Of a stretch of DNA of 37,247 nt, positions 35,527 through 37,247 are shown piece after piece. Position numbers and translations under genes: made by a program. The notes under the pieces are model-generated. The model did no database searches. It worked only from the letters and a program-made list of their open reading frames with translations, and was not told the origin of the DNA. The stretch covers positions 1 through 37,247 of the IMG/VR virus record IMGVR_UViG_3300048058_000015; one strand, written 5' to 3'. Numbering within the stretch: the first letter of the stretch is position 1; every line of letters begins with the position of its first letter. This DNA comes from a virus (lineage: Duplodnaviria; Caudoviricetes).

Positions 35527-35823
35527 ATGAGTAAAAAATATTTTGAAAATGAGGATTCCGATTTCTGCTATACGGAAGATCACTTTAAAGACATAATGCG
35601 TGATGATGGGGTAACAGAAAAGGAAGTTTTTGAAGCCCAAAGAGAAACCAAAAGTGACTTTTTTTGGTGCCGTGAATTTGGTGTTGCCTGTGAAAAAAAC
35701 AACGATACGTGCGGTGTTAATAATTGTGAATCGTACGATCCTCGCAATGGTAAAAATGGTATCTGTGAGCATAATGTATATTGCTATACACCAGAAAAAA
35801 TGATAACACTAACACTCAAATAA
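35527..35823 (+). CDS. Cys-rich hypothetical protein
   Basis: FFWC...C....CG..C..Y.PRNGK.G.C. Confidence 0.65.
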   Translation: MSKKYFENEDSDFCYTEDHFKDIMRDDGVTEKEVFEAQRETKSDFFWCREFGVACEKNNDTCGVNNCESYDPRNGKNGICEHNVYCYTPEKMITLTLK

Positions 35824-35987
35824 ATTGTAATATCTATGATGGTAGAAATAAAGCTAAAAGACCTTGATAAAATCGACTTCGATAGTCCAGAATTAAAAAA
35901 GGAGTTCGATGAAATAGAGCGAAGAAACAAACTATTGATGGAATCAACTAAAGTTGATAGGGAAGCAATGAATAAAGCATTTGAAAT

Positions 35988-36215
35988 ATGAATATAGACA
36001 AAAAAGCTAATGAGTATTGGAGTAGTTTATCCAAACCTTTAGCAGACGAACAAGGTTTAGTTGAAACAGCTTATGCCGCTGGAGCATTAGACCAGCTTAA
36101 TGAATTGAAACCTTCTGATGAAGAACGAAATTTTTGGTGTGAAAATTCACCTGAAAAACCTGAGTGTAATAATCAATGTCAGTTCTGTCAAGGACGACAA
36201 AACAATCTAATTTAA
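35988..36215 (+). CDS. Hypothetical protein with C-terminal Cys cluster
   Basis: AY.AGA and C..QCQFC motifs. Confidence 0.55.
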   Translation: MNIDKKANEYWSSLSKPLADEQGLVETAYAAGALDQLNELKPSDEERNFWCENSPEKPECNNQCQFCQGRQNNLI

Positions 36216-36233
36216 TTGTGATTTTTAAAGACT

Positions 36234-36425
36234 ATGAGTTATACAAGATATTTTTTTGAAAAGGATGGAAAATGGCTTACGAAGGATTGGTCAATGACAG
36301 ACGATCCAAATAAAGCAATAGCCGTTAAAGAGCGATTAGAAGCTGACTTATTTTTAATAGGACGGCAAAAACAGGGGCTACTTGAAGTGTTTAAAGTGAC
36401 GGAACATGAATTTGTAGATAACTAA
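36234..36425 (+). CDS. Hypothetical protein
   Basis: 63 aa ending VTEHEFV. Confidence 0.55.
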   Translation: MSYTRYFFEKDGKWLTKDWSMTDDPNKAIAVKERLEADLFLIGRQKQGLLEVFKVTEHEFVDN

Positions 36426-36437
36426 AAACAAGAGATT

Positions 36438-36749
36438 ATGAACATATTTAAAGAAGCAAGACAAAGAAAATTAAAAGGAATGGGGTATAGAGCAAGAAGA
36501 TTTAAACTCCTTTGGAAAAATAAAAATGTAAGTTGGAATTGGTTGGCTGTTGAGTACGGCATTAGGTGGTCGGATAAATGGCAATTATTTCCAATCTGGA
36601 ATGCAAGCCATAATAGCCAACGAAGTTTACTATTTGGTTTTTGGAAATTATACTTTCAGATAATTTGGTATAGGAAAGAAAGTTTTAACCAAAACAGGAA
36701 ATTACTTTTTAGAAAACAGCTTTGGAAAATTTATCAACTAATCAATTAA
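36438..36749 (+). CDS. Hypothetical Trp-rich basic protein
   Basis: 103 aa between shared intergenic motifs. Confidence 0.5.
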   Translation: MNIFKEARQRKLKGMGYRARRFKLLWKNKNVSWNWLAVEYGIRWSDKWQLFPIWNASHNSQRSLLFGFWKLYFQIIWYRKESFNQNRKLLFRKQLWKIYQLIN

Positions 36750-36988
36750 TATGTAGTTAAACAGTAATATGTGGAGAAAGTATAAAAATTGGGTGAGGTT
36801 AATAAGGTTCATCCGTAAACACAGAAAAAACGGATTAGCAAGTTTTGAGATTGTAACAAATTCTGAAAAGCTGATCATTTACCCGAGCGGAACTGAACGG
36901 ACATTTGACAATAAGTTGAAAATAACAAACTTAAATCTGTAATAATTAAGATTTAAATAAATTGTAGTTAAACTAAAATCAAGATAAA

Positions 36989-37216
36989 ATGGAACATGAA
37001 TCAAAAAAACAAGACAAGACAACAGAAATGGCTCTAAAAGTTGCTGATGAATTAATTGGAAATTACACACCAGCAGAACAGAGGCAGTTTCTACACCAAG
37101 TAGAGCAAAATATTAGAGAAAACTATCAAAACCAAATAATTTCTGCTCAAAAACACGCGGAAGGGCTAAAATATAATTTTGATGAATTTATGGCAGTACC
37201 AGCATCTGGTTCTTAA
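36989..37216 (+). CDS. Hypothetical protein
   Basis: 75 aa behind the shared intergenic motif. Confidence 0.55.
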   Translation: MEHESKKQDKTTEMALKVADELIGNYTPAEQRQFLHQVEQNIRENYQNQIISAQKHAEGLKYNFDEFMAVPASGS

Positions 37217-37247
37217 TAACTGTAGATACTTTGCGGCACACATATTA

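Overview
A 37.2 kb, AT-rich, near-complete tailed-phage genome, probably infecting Bacteroidota (Flavobacteriaceae-like). Host inference rests on TAnnTTTG promoters and A-rich leaders without Shine-Dalgarno motifs. Gene order: terS, terL, DNA methyltransferase, tail and tape-measure genes (0.7-14 kb); a minus-strand accessory island (14.4-17.4 kb); ClpP protease/scaffold, major capsid, tail tube, portal, adaptor and lysis genes (17.6-26 kb); then early, replication and small variable genes (26-37 kb). No integrase, invertase, reverse transcriptase, polymerase or tRNA was recognised. The standout feature is a candidate cassette-based diversification system. Four tandem minus-strand ORFs encode the same ~35-aa N-terminus plus 18, 22, 24 and 20 variable 18-bp hexapeptide units. 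All end their repeat tract at the same CTTCAATC point where a single inverted full-length copy (27578-28393, 26 units) continues into an 80-aa C-terminal domain. The five copies are mosaics of each other, and an unrelated gene sits in the array with the same flanks. Several candidate structured RNAs, a methyltransferase remnant and a second tandem paralogue family were also found. Product calls come from motif recognition and position; no searches were run.
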